A DNA stretch of 39,396 bases from Octopus bimaculoides. Taxonomy: Eukaryota. A program made the position numbers and the translations under genes. Positions 1-11,695 of the stretch are shown one piece after another. The stretch covers positions 29,657,013 through 29,696,408 of the forward strand of contig NC_069004.1 of the NCBI RefSeq assembly GCF_001194135.2. Reading direction: 5' to 3'. The notes below the pieces were generated by a model, which saw nothing but the letters and a program-made list of their open reading frames with translations, searched no databases and was not told the DNA's origin. Position 1 is the first letter of the stretch. Every line of letters starts with the position of its first letter.

Positions 1-24
1 CACACACACATATATATATATGCA

Positions 25-72
<48 letters not shown>

Positions 73-240
73 CACACACATACATATACATGTATACATG
101 TATATATATATATATATGTATACGTATGTATACATGCATATTCATATATGCATGCAGATCATGCATATATCAATATATACAAGTATACCTTTTTTATATT
201 CATGTGTGTATGTATACAAGTGTACCTGTATCTTTAGACA
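1..240. repeat. Degenerate (TA)n/(TACA)n microsatellite
   Basis: Direct reading; the ORFs here (YIYI/HIHI) are repeat translations. Confidence 0.95.
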
Positions 241-356
241 CAAATGTGATATTACCACAAAGAGAGCGGGCGTATACAGTATACAGTAGGTATAACACTT
301 ATTGATCTTTTGATTTTTGCTGCTTTAGGTAAGTAAGTCATGTGTCAGGAAGCTAC

Positions 357-414
357 GCCGGAAATGCTCACCGCACCGGAAGTGTTGACATATTGTAGGG
401 CAATATGGCTGCGG
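357..414 (+). promoter_or_regulatory. Promoter-like motif cluster: two ETS sites plus a YY1-like site
   Basis: CCGGAAAT (358-365), ACCGGAAGTG (375-384, ETS/GABPA consensus) and AATATGGCTGC (402-412, YY1-like) in a locally CpG-rich patch; possible donor CAG|GTAGTG at 540/541. Confidence 0.35.
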
Positions 415-613
415 GTTGAAAAATGTCATTTATGTTGCCATAAACTTAGAAAATAATTCAATTAAAACTGTAAATGGAAAAAGTGTTGGATGTGAAAGAA
501 AACACTGCAATTTTAATCTCCAACAGACTCTTGTATTCAGGTAGTGTGTCAGGAGGAATACAGCGTCTGTGTGTGCGATTAAAAAGTATATACGTTGGCA
601 TAACATCAAGTAT

Positions 614-615
<2 letters not shown>

Positions 616-666
<51 letters not shown>

Positions 667-847
667 NNNNNNNNNNNNNNNNNNNNNNNNNNNNNNNNNN
701 NNNNNNNNNNNNNNNNNNNNNNNNNNNNNNNNNNNNNNNNNNNNNNNNNNNNNNNNNNNNNNNNNNNNNNNNNNNNNNNNNNNNNNNNNNNNNNNNNNNN
801 NNNNNNNNNNNNNNNNNNNNNNNNNNNNNNNNNNNNNNNNNNNNNNN

Positions 848-902
<55 letters not shown>

Positions 903-1020
903 CATATTTATGCGTGTGTGTGTATGTATATATATATATATTTATGTATATATGCGTGCGTATATGTATATATTTATATATGTATATATGCATATATATG
1001 TACATCTGTATATATCTACA
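616..1020. repeat. (TG)n, assembly gap, (TA)n and degenerate TA/TG repeat
   Basis: Direct reading; N-run 667-847. Confidence 0.95.
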
Positions 1021-1657
1021 TTTATTTACATCATGAGAAATACACACCATTTTTGAGGCTATTTGATGACTGAGATGTTTATAAACATGTATTCCTATCT
1101 CTCGATCCATCTATCTATCTATCTACCTATCTATCTTTCTATGCATGTATGAGTGTGCATTTGTGGATGTGTGTGTATACATTCATACCTATGTACATAT
1201 ATACATACATACATACATACATAATGGTTTTCCTCTTCCGTTTGCATGTGGCCTATTAGGACAGAATAAGTTTTGCACCGGGAGTCTGTTTAATCTACTC
1301 TTTTTCTCTTCTTTGCACTATGTATGGCTTCTTTCCAATATTACAAAACCTTTGTTGAAGTCGACGCGGATGCTGACGAGGACGACGTCCGCGGCGGCGG
1401 CGGCGGCGACAGTGAAGCGCCACCTACGATGTTGATGATGTGTGTGTTGTTGGCGGTGATGATGGTGCTGATGCTGATATCAATTTTATGGTTTTCTCAT
1501 TTAAACTGACGTTCAAATGAATATCATGAATTTTTATTCATTTATTTTTTTTTCCTTAGTCTGAGAAAAAGAGAAAATATATTTACTACGAATAACAAAA
1601 TAATTTATTTATCAACGAATACATATTAACTCTTTCTTTACTGTATTCCAGTTGGCA

Positions 1658-2030
1658 TACACTGCCTTTGTTTCAATTAATCTTGAAAAATAATTTTAAA
1701 AAAATTAGTAAAATATCTTAGTTATTAAAATCGCTTTTGTAACACAAAATTAAGATGATATATTGAGTGATGGCTTCAATTTAGATCGCTTTAGCTCTTT
1801 TCTTACCATATTCCTGTTTAAATACATTTTGCTTCAATTAATCTTGAAAAATAATGAAAAATTTAGTAAAATATCTTAGTTGTTAAAATCGCTTTTGTAA
1901 CAAATTAATATATAATTTGAGTGAGGGCTTCACTTAAATACTTTTCTTACACTACTCTTGTTTAAATACGCTGCCTTTGCTTCAGTTAATTTTGAAACGT
2001 AATGGAAAAAATTAGCAAAATATCCTAATA
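1658..2030. repeat. Degenerate tandem repeat, about 2.4 copies of a ~145-165 bp unit
   Basis: Units start near 1658, 1823 and 1967, each reading tac...tttgYttcaRttaatYttgaaa...aattagYaaaatatc; units 1 and 2 also share ttaaaatcgcttttgtaaca. Confidence 0.85.
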
Positions 2031-2129
2031 CAGTTCTATATTTAAGAGATGAGGAATTATGTACATTATTTACATTTGGCGGATATTTGTCCTCATCTTG
2101 TTTGTTGTTTGGGTTCGAAATTTCCCCAA

Positions 2130-2175
2130 GACATCTGATGAAGGCCGGAGGGTATATCAGCCGAAACGTTGTGTT
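2130..2175 (+). ncRNA. Minimal type I hammerhead ribozyme motif (Penelope-like element style)
   Basis: GACAT-CTGATGA-A-GGCCG(gagggtatat)CAGCC-GAAAC-GTT-GTGTT: stem I GACAT/GTGTT, stem II 4 of 5 pairs, palindromic AACGTT at stem III, GUU triplet. Confidence 0.65.
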
Positions 2176-2319
2176 ACTCCGGTATATATATATATATTTA
2201 TATATATATATATATATATATATNNNNNNNNNNTATATATATCTATAAAGCGCTTACAGTTTTTTTTTTTCAAGTCAAATTCACTCACTACGCGTTAATT
2301 GACCAGAAGATATAGGAGA

Positions 2320-2392
2320 GGACGTGGTACCGCGCAGTAGGACTGAACCCGAAACTTTGTGGTTACAAAGCGAGCTTCTTAACTACATAGCA
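2320..2392 (-). mobile_element. tRNA-derived SINE head fragment (family A)
   Basis: Reverse complement resembles the head of the 3383-3545 copy, including the B-box-like gggttcagtcc. Confidence 0.65.
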
Positions 2393-2574
2393 ACATTTGC
2401 ATCTTCGAAGTCACGTAGCATGGGTATTTTTTTTTTTTTTTGCTCTTTACTTACCTGAGAAGATGAAAAATAAAAGAAAATTGTTCTATGAACAACTGAA
2501 TAAGATATTTACCAATATACTTCTATTAATCGATAAATACGTTTTTCTACAAAAAAAGAAGAAAAGAAGACGAA

Positions 2575-2610
<36 letters not shown>

Positions 2611-3308
2611 AAACAATTAGCACAAATAGGTATATATACACATATCATATGATTAATCTAATCTAGAACAATTAATTCACAAAGACTGTAAGTTATGGCT
2701 AAAACAAAAGAAGAAACTTACTAGTTATGGGTAAAAATATAATACAATTCGCAATATTATATATCCAACATTGTATGTAATCCTATTATCGTCCGCCATT
2801 ACTTCCATGTTTCAGTCTCCAGAGTTTTTTTGTATGTTTATGTTCTGTTTTATGATATTGTTTTCTGCTATGAATATTACTGTATTCCATCGAAAAGTAG
2901 CGATGTTATAAATTTTATTGGTCTAGATAATAAAGAGATGTGACATATATTAGAATAAAATGAGGCGCCCAATTTGTTTTTATTTTATTTTATTCTATTT
3001 ATATTCATTTATTTATTGGTGGATTGCATCAAGAAAGAGGAGAATTTTTTTCTGTTTGAAGAAACTACAAACACACACACACAAACACACGCACATACAA
3101 CACGCTCACATAGACAGACACGCATACATATCTGTATAGAAAGAGGAAAATAGATTTGTAAATATACACATATATGCATGTATATAGGTATATAGACACA
3201 CATACACACATATATATATATATATGCATAGTAGATAGGTAGATACATAGATAGATACTTACATACATACATTCATACATACATGCAAAATACATACATA
3301 CATACAAA

Positions 3309-3368
<60 letters not shown>

Positions 3369-3382
3369 TATATATATATATA

Positions 3383-3545
3383 GGCGCAGGAGTAGCTGTG
3401 TGGTAAGTAGCTTGCTTACCAACCACATGGTTCCGGGTTCAATCCCACCGCGTGGCACTTTGGACAAGCGTCTTCTATTATAGCCTCGGGCTGACCAAAG
3501 CCTTGTAAGTGGATTCGTAGACGGAAAACTGAAAGAAGCCCGTCG
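3383..3545 (+). mobile_element. tRNA-derived SINE, family A, 5' half
   Basis: A box (tagctgtgtggt) and B box (ggttcaatcc), then the body ...gaaagaagcccgtcg shared with copies at 22120, 32051, 33899, 34100 and 35311. Confidence 0.9.
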
Positions 3546-3951
3546 CATATATACATACATATATATATATATTACGATACGTAGTAGTGGAGAACTTCAT
3601 GCATACTAATACACACATACACATATACACATGCAAGGGAGTGAGATTTTGTATGGAGCAGAGAATAATCGAAAGATTAAATATAATGAAAACTGAAATG
3701 AATGAAATAATAAAAAGAAGAAAAATGAAGATGGGACAATGAGAAGACAGCAATAAACATAAATGTAGAAGAAAAAACTGTGAAAGATAATGAGGAATGT
3801 GTAAAAGCTTGTATTATCGGATGAGAAACATGAGATGGGACAGACTAAAGTTTATCACTGTATTGAATTACGTCCGTTTGTGTTCAGAGTTTATATCATT
3901 TCATCATTGACTTTTTAATTGTTTATCAAGTATATATATATCAATATCGAT

Positions 3952-4723
3952 CGGAAAAGTCAGCAAATAGTGTCAATGGGTTCCTCACAATCTTTCCGAG
4001 TCTAACCGCGCGCAGAGAGTAAATGTGTGGTCTTCTTTGGTGTTACGTCTCACGAATGAACATCTTTTGAACCGAATAGTGATTGGTGACAAGAAATAGG
4101 TTCTCTATAAAAATGTCAAGCGCCGAAGACAGTGGGTAGGGAAAGTAGAAACATCGCAGGCTAAAGAAGATCTTTACCCGGGTAAGATGTTGTTATCTGT
4201 TTGGTGGGATGTGAAAGGTTTAGTCCACTTTGAACTTTTAAACCAAATGATAACAAAGGAAATCTACAGCGAAAAGCCTGAGTGGCTTAAGTCAGCACTA
4301 GAAGAAAAGCGACCATCTTTGACTTCAAGATGAAAGGTGTTCTTCCATCAGGATAATGCTTGGCCACATACAGCGAGGATGACATTCCAAAGGCTGGAGC
4401 AGTTTGAATGGGAAACGATGCCCCACCTACCATATTCGCCGGACATTGCCCCATCTGGTTATCATTTATTCCAAAGTCTTCAGAATCATTTGGACAGAAC
4501 AAAAATATGAATTCTGTAGATGAGGTCAGAACAGTATTGGAGAAGTATTTTTCATCAAAAACTAGTGAATTTTAGAAGGGGGTGTTGCAGGTCTACTAGA
4601 AAGATTGAAGAGCATTGTAGAAAATGAAGGAGAGTATATTTTAAATTTAAAAAAAAACTTTATCTTAATTTGATAGATAAAAGAAGTATAAAAAAACCGC
4701 ATTGTTTACAGGATGACCCAATA
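3952..4723 (+). mobile_element. Decayed mariner (DD34D) transposon, 5'-truncated, with transposase pseudogene and right TIR
   Basis: Frame from 3977 reads WVPHNL...LLNRIVIGDKK*VLYKN...MLLSVWWDVKGLVHFELL...VFFHQDNAWPHTA...HLPYSPDIAPSGYHLFQSLQNHL. It has two in-frame stops (4097 and before KVFFHQ), the third catalytic D changed to G, and a later frameshift. TIR-like aaaaaaccgcattgtttacaggatgacccaata (4691-4723) is followed by TA. Confidence 0.95.
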
Positions 4724-5300
4724 TATAATAATATTAGGGACAAAATCCAAAATTACAGGTAAAAACTCAATTAAAATCAATTTATGAGTTCATGAACCTT
4801 NNNNNNNNNNNNNNNNNNNNNNNNNNNNNNNNNNNNNNNNNNNNNNNNNNNNNNNNNNNNNNNNNNNNNNNNNNNNNNNNNNNNNNNNNNNNNNNNNNNN
4901 NNNNNNNNNNNNNNNNNNNNNNNNNNNNNNNNNNNNNNNNNNNNNNNNNNNNNNNNNNNNNNNNNNNNNNNNNNNNNNNNNNNNNNNNNNNNNNNNNNNN
5001 NNNNNNNNNNNNNNNNNNNNNNNNNNNNNNNNNNNNNNNNNNNNNNNNNNNNNATATATATATATATATATATAGGCTCAGAGCGACAGAGACAGAAATA
5101 GAGCTAGATTCCACATTGCGTCAAAGAAATTCCTTCATAAAGCAATCGTCAATCCGAAAGAGTTGTGGAAGATAATTTCTTTCTTTCTTTCCTCTTTTCT
5201 TTCTGCTTTTTCTTTTAATTATTTCGCTTCTGCTTCTTTTAATCTTTCTGACTTACGATTGCTTACTCGACTGCTTCATACAAAAACTCATTCAAAGGCA

Positions 5301-5339
<39 letters not shown>

Positions 5340-5580
5340 CTGTATAATATATGCGATGCTCGACTACATGAAATAGTACGTGAGCATAAGCAACACACAC
5401 ACACACACACACACAAACTAAGTACAATCAAATAATGTAAAAAGGAACGAATACACTTGTTCTAGATTATAAGAGAAACTGATATTAAATGTGACTGCAG
5501 CAAAGAGTTTTAAAAAATGGCAAACATATCTGTGTTGGTAGCATCTAATTGAAAGAGAACATCATACGTTTGTATTATAT

Positions 5581-5613
<33 letters not shown>

Positions 5614-5675
5614 NNNNNNNNNNNNNNNNNNNNNNNNNNNNNNNNNNNNNNNNNNNNNNNNNNNNNNNNNNNNNN

Positions 5676-5707
<32 letters not shown>

Positions 5708-6078
5708 GGGCATATATACATGTGTGTATATATGTATGGGTGTATATATGTATGTATTCCTTTTCGTTCGTGGAAACAGGGAGTGAGTTGTGTATGTTAT
5801 CTTGTTATATTCTCTTGATTCCACGAGCTATTAGGAATTGAACTGTTATCAGTCTTGGATTATTAAATATTTCTTTATTATGGACAGATTGGATATCCTT
5901 CCGCTAATGCTGTAGATAAGGTTCTTAAATGCTACGTGGGAGTGGTTAGATTCTCTGTTTGCATAATGGAATTTTTTTGTTTCTTTTGTTTTTTTATGGG
6001 TGGGGGTGCTTCCCGAAAATTTCGTGTAAGTTAATTCTAAAATCCGGTGTAATATCAGGGAAATAAACAGCATTTAGT

Positions 6079-6344
6079 GAAGGTGCGTGGCTTAGTTGTT
6101 AGAGTGTTCGACTTGAGTCCTTAAGCAAGGCACTTTACTTCACATTGCTCTAGTCCACTCAACTGGCAAAAATGAGTTGTACCTGTAATTCAAAGGATCA
6201 ACCTTGTCACATTTTCTCTGAGAACTACGTTTAAATGTACGCATATCTGCGGAGTGCTCAGCCAAATGCATGTTAATTCACGAACAGGCTGTTCCGTTAA
6301 TCGCATCAACTGGAACCCTTGTCATCGTAAACGACAGAGTGTCA
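6079..6344 (+). mobile_element. SINE sharing its 3' tail with the 11314-11695 SINE
   Basis: A-box-like gtggcttagttgtta, then gagaactac...gagtgctcagcc...gctgttccgtt...caactggaaccct...cgac, nearly identical to 11570-11695. Confidence 0.8.
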
Positions 6345-6749
6345 GTTATGTAGTGAAACACCATTTAGATTATTTGCTCTAACGTAGATAAGTTAGTGGA
6401 TATTTTAACGCCGAAAGTGTTAAAAGTATAGATAATGCTCTTCCTTAATTGTTTATGATTTTGGTCAATACACTTTTATAGTTGTAGCTAACCTGTCGAA
6501 TTTACAGGTATTATTTAACACTTTGCCTTCACTGTCAGGTATAAACATTGCAATGATTTATCGCTCGACTCCGATTATTATTCTTTCATAGAAGCAAAGA
6601 TCTCGAAAATGCAATGTGACAGTGAGTCGTGATGGTAAAACAGTTTTCATTTTCACACCTTTCGCAATGGTAAATGTCACGTATTTTATAAACGTTTCTA
6701 ATTTAAGTGCAAGAAATTGCTGATGATAATGGTTTATAATTTTAGCCCA

Positions 6750-7092
6750 TGTCCAGCTAGTTGACCACAGTGCTCAACTAGCATTTTATTTTATCGATCG
6801 CGAAAAGATAAAAGACAAAGTTGACGTCGATCACATTTGAACTCGTTGCTAACGGTTTTGCCAGCTCGCAGCTTTTGTTGCAAATTTTGGAACAAGGCCA
6901 GCAATTTTAGGGGATGGGGGCGGATAAGTTGATTCCATTGACCTCAGTACTTGACTGGTACTTATTTCATCAACACCGAAAGGAATGGCAAAGTAAATCA
7001 CAGCGCAATTCGATTTCAGAATTTTGAAAAGCCGGAAGAAATGCCGGAAACCAATTCCTCCGGCACAGTAACGATTCTGCCAGCTCACCGAC
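6750..7092 (-). mobile_element. Two tandem degenerate family B (Nin/Deu-domain-like) SINEs (about 6750-6875 and 6881-7092)
   Basis: Both end in ctgccagctc (reverse complement of the gagctggcag head) and carry the reverse complement of the tttcatcctttcggggtcgataaa...gtaccag core. Confidence 0.75.
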
Positions 7093-7192
7093 GTAATTGC
7101 TGCTAAGCTAATAATAATTGTAATCATAATTCTAATTCATACTTATTATCTTTCTCTTTCTCTCTCTCCACTCTCTCTCTCTCTCTCTCTCT

Positions 7193-7230
<38 letters not shown>

Positions 7231-7548
7231 NNNNNNNNNNNNNNNNNNNNNNNNNNNNTATAAACGTATGTATTTACTGCTTTTCTCATATATATATTAT
7301 TTATATATGTGTGTGTGCGTGTGTGTGTGTGTATGTGTGTGTGTGTGTGTCTGTGTGTGTGCGTGTGTGTGTGTACATACATATATTCATATATATATAT
7401 ATATATACTTATATTATATTATATCATATTATACCATATTATACCATATTATATATTGATTTATCTTCGCTTTAGCGATTCGTGCACGTACCTACATGCA
7501 TACATGCACACCCACATACATATCTTTCTCTCCCTTTCTCTATCTCCT

Positions 7549-7594
<46 letters not shown>

Positions 7595-8046
7595 CCTATT
7601 TATATATATAAGAAGACGTCCTTCTCCACTAAGGATCTTATTTCAAACTATTCAGAAAAGCACTTAAAGTAGGCTTCAAATCGATATTTGTAGAGATAAA
7701 TAAATCAAGTTTCGTGGCTTTTGCATCGGGTTTTAAAAACCAAAACCTGACGACGCTTCTATAAACCTACGTGACCTATTAAATTTTGTTTCTCTATCAA
7801 ACAATTAAACTATATTCACAATAGATACACGTTCAGGAAATCTTAAGGACTACTGGGTATTAGTCGTTTCGATCTTTTATTCTTCTGTTATATATTTTTG
7901 CATCTTCACTGTGTGTATATGTACATGTATATCCAATGGCTATGCATACATGCAATCATGCATACATATATACATGTGCGTATATATATGTATACAGACA
8001 TTCTTTTACTTGTTTCAGTCGCTTCATTGCGGCCATGCATATATAC

Positions 8047-8081
<35 letters not shown>

Positions 8082-8702
8082 NNNNNNNNNNNNNNNNNNN
8101 NNNNNNNNNNNNNNNNNNNNNNNNNNNNNNNNNNNNNNNNNNNNNNNNNNNNNNNNNNNNNNNNNNNNNNNNNNNNNNNNNNNNNNNNNNNNNNNNNNNN
8201 NNNNNNNNNNNNNNNNNNNNNNNNNNNNNNNNNNNNNNNNNNNNNNNNNNNNNNNNNNNNNNNNNNNNNNNNNNNNNNNNNNNNNNNNNNNNNNNNNNNN
8301 NNNNNNNNNNNNNNNNNNNNNNNNNNNNNNNNNNNNNNNNNNNNNNNNNNNNNNNNNNNNNNNNNNNNNNNNNNNNNNNNNNNNNNNNNNNNNNNNNNNN
8401 NNNNNNNNNNNNNNNNNNNNNNNNNNNNNNNNNNNNNNNNNNNNNNNNNNNNNNNNNNNNNNNNNNNNNNNNNNNNNNNNNNNNNNNNNNNNNNNNNNNN
8501 NNNNNNNNNNNNNNNNNNNNNNNNNNNNNNNNNNNNNNNNNNNNNNNNNNNNNNNNNNNNNNNNNNNNNNNNNNNNNNNNNNNNNNNNNNNNNNNNNNNN
8601 NNNNNNNNNNNNNNNNNNNNNNNNNNNNNNNNNNNNNNNNNNNNNNNNNNNNNNNNNNNNNNNNNNNNNNNNNNNNNNNTGAGCAAGAAAGTTTTAAGAG
8701 AC

Positions 8703-8783
<81 letters not shown>
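8703..8783. repeat. (GATA)n microsatellite
   Basis: Direct reading. Confidence 0.97.
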
Positions 8784-8784
<1 letters not shown>

Positions 8785-9014
8785 GGTTGAAGGACTCTTG
8801 ATTTCTAAATATATATATATAAGCGCTTCATCTACGTGAAGATTTTGTATTATTTGACTTTTTGTCTGAAGAATTTTCTAATAGGGATATCTTAAGTTTT
8901 CTACTTCATGTACAATTTTGTGACTCCTATTAGCAAAACAAAAATTATCAATATATAAAAATAAAACACGTGAAATGGTGAATAAATAATACCGAATAAT
9001 TTTCCACTCTCCTG

Positions 9015-9070
<56 letters not shown>

Positions 9071-9239
9071 GTATACGGAATGTGTATTTGCTTATAATAC
9101 GTTTTCTACCTTCGATCACATTTACTAAGTTGTTTTGTCTTCAGCGGAACGTTAACCTTTCTTTTCAATTTGTTCACATCAATGACCTGACATTTCATTG
9201 TCAACAAATACTTATATCCGTTCCACTTACGCTACTTAC

Positions 9240-9300
9240 CTCTCCGTTACTGTGTATATAAACATTACTTCGCGTATTTCTCCGGTTTGTACCACCAAAC
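9240..9300 (-). CDS. Candidate 61-nt exon of an unidentified gene
   Basis: Minus strand: ttgtgtgtAG|GTTTGG...GGAGAG|GTAAGT. Two frames are open (FGGTNRRNTRSNVYIHSNGE; LVVQTGEIREVMFIYTVTE). No homology recognised. Confidence 0.25.
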
Positions 9301-9890
9301 CTACACACAACAGCCCCACCACACACAAACATAACTATATGTATAAATATATATATAAATATATATTTATTATTATAGATGTGTGTGTGCGTACGCGCGT
9401 GTGTTGCGTTTGCAGGTGTGCCTGTGGGTGTTATTGCGCACATGTGTGTGTTTAAACAAGGAACATCAGATAGAGGATCCATTACAACCTTTATCCATGA
9501 AGAATCAAGGCATATTAAAGTGAAGCAAGCTGTTAATCGGCTGGACAGAAACACTGCAGATCAGACAGTACAGTAATGCATTACCCAAGCGTAGAAGGCA
9601 TCGATGAGGTAAAGACATTGATGTAGAGTAATCTGCGATTTCTCAGCAAATCATTGTTCACCCACTTTGAGAATTTGCCTGTTGAGCTTGAGAGGTGCAC
9701 AATGTATTTTGCTTAAGCTAAATAATCGTATTATGTTTACATCGAAATATAAAAGCTCCTGACGAAACAATTGTAGCAACACTTCAAATATTCACCTGCT
9801 TTAATTGTGTGTGTATGTGTGTTGTGTGTGTGTGAGCGTAACTGCGTGCATGTGTGTCTGTTTAAAGCGGGAATATCAGATGAAGGATCC

Positions 9891-10133
9891 CTAGAATGCT
9901 TTAGAAATGTTCATAGTTCCTTCGATCGATTGTATTTAGTGAATGCGAATAAGTTTGCTTTGTTCTCGCTTTAAGATCCTCAGCATGTCTGAGCTTTTAT
10001 GCCAACCAGTCGTTACATAGTCCAGTGCACCTATGAAAATAGTAGCAAATGAAATTCTATAACATGGATACAAGAGCTGTAGGTTTCTCATTATTTCTTC
10101 ATAAACATTCACATCCGTAGGACAGCTGACCTG
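9891..10133 (-). mobile_element. C-terminal remnant of an RLE-type non-LTR retrotransposon
   Basis: QVSCPTDVNVYEEIMRNLQLLYPCYRISFATIFIGALDYVTT...KLIRIH*IQSIEGTMNISKAF* resembles the EVSCPxDxN...LYP...PIxxGALG...GTxKI end of restriction-like-endonuclease LINEs; contains an in-frame stop. Confidence 0.7.
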
Positions 10134-10169
10134 TGTAAGCACATATAAGGAAGCGGAGATGGAGGGATG

Positions 10170-10200
10170 GATGTATATATATATGAATGTATATGTACAT

Positions 10201-10258
<58 letters not shown>

Positions 10259-10901
10259 ATGTTTGTATTTATTTGTACATGCGTAAATGTGTAAATGTCT
10301 GTATGTACATGTCGATGTGTATCTACGTGTATAGGTATGTATGTATATGTATATGTATGTATATGTGTACATTTATATGTAAATGCATATACTTATGTAC
10401 ATGTTTATGTGGATACGAATGTATAGATGTTTGTATGTATGAATGCAATATGCATACATCTATGCATAAGGACATTTGGATACATGTGTATGCATATAAG
10501 CATACGTGTTTATGTATATATGTATATACTTATTTATGCATGTACGCATATGTAAATGTTTATGTATATATGTAAAAACTTATTTATACATGTATTTATA
10601 TGTATATGTTTATGTATATATGTATATACTTATTTATACATGTATGTATATGTGTAAGTGCGCAGTTATGTGTGTGTCTGTATACATGTACGTATGCACC
10701 TATGTAGCGTATGGACATATGTATATGCGTGTGCGTGTGTAATTTTGTTTACACACATGCATATATGAAAGTATGCATGCGTGAATGTATGTATGACTGC
10801 ATTATACATATGTCTATACAAGAATATATTTGGCAGATGTGTATTTATAACAGTATATGTGATACGTGTGTATATATATATATATATATACATATATATA
10901 C

Positions 10902-10964
<63 letters not shown>

Positions 10965-11140
10965 CATATGTTTATAGTCATGTATGTAAATTTCTATGCA
11001 TGTGTGTATGAGTGATTCCGTGTGTATGAGTGATTCCGTGTGTATGTACGTGTAACTATACATGTGCGTATGCATATATTGACAGTATATGTATGTGTGT
11101 ATGTAATTTTGTATGCACGCGTGTATAAATGGATCTATGC
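10170..11140. repeat. Long degenerate (TA)/(TG)/(TATG) low-complexity tract
   Basis: Direct reading; includes an 18-bp duplication, gtgtatgagtgattccgt x2, near 11004-11040. Confidence 0.95.
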
Positions 11141-11313
11141 ACATAAAGGCAATGGGTCAGACATTTATATTCTACACTATTCACGCTTTTCAAAGAAATT
11201 TGATACTTCTAACATTGTAGTTGTTCCTATTATATTTAACCCCAGGTCCGCCTTGATCAGGCAAAGCTATAATCATAGGTATCTGTTCATCGTTTACTTC
11301 TATGCATACATAT

Positions 11314-11695
11314 CGTGGAGGCGCAATAGCCCAGTGGTTAGGGCAGCGGACTCGCGGTCATAGGATCGCGGTTTCGATTCCCAGACCGGGCGTTGTGAGT
11401 GTTTATTGAGCGAAAACACCTGAAGCACCACGAGGCTCCGACAGGGGATGGTGGCGAACCCTGCTGTACTCTTCCACCACAACTTTCTCTCACTCTTACT
11501 TCCTGTTTCTGTTGTGCCTGTATTTCAAAGGGTCAGCTTTGTCACACTGTGTCACGCTGAATCTCCCCGAGAACTACATTAAGGGTACACGTGTCTGTGG
11601 AGTGCTCAGCCGCTTGCATGTTAATTTCACGAGCAAGCTGTTCCGTTGATCGGATCAACTGGAACCCTCGACGTCGTAAGCGACGGAGTGCCAAC
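11314..11695 (+). mobile_element. Full-length young tRNA-derived SINE with 12-bp TSD
   Basis: Head ggaggcgcaatagcccagtggttagggcagcggactcgc...ggtttcgattccc; 3' hairpin CGTCG-TAAG-CGACG (11672-11685); TSD ATGCATACATAT at 11302-11313 and 11696-11707. Confidence 0.92.

Noticed and set aside
1324-1509. ORF with acidic/poly-Gly stretch and hydrophobic tail resembling a small membrane protein
   Set aside because: It is built from degenerate (GAC)/(GGC)/(GAT) triplet repeats, with no convincing splice context or homology.
9675-9779. Fourth hammerhead candidate (TTGC-CTGTTGA...GAAAC-AATT-GTA-GCAA)
   Set aside because: Stem I and a palindromic stem III are present, but the core is non-canonical and no stem II closes at G10.1-C11.1 beyond one pair; likely chance.
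11314-11390. tRNA gene
   Set aside because: The tRNA-like head continues into a repeated SINE body with a TSD and does not form a complete cloverleaf; the same applies to 3383-3450.
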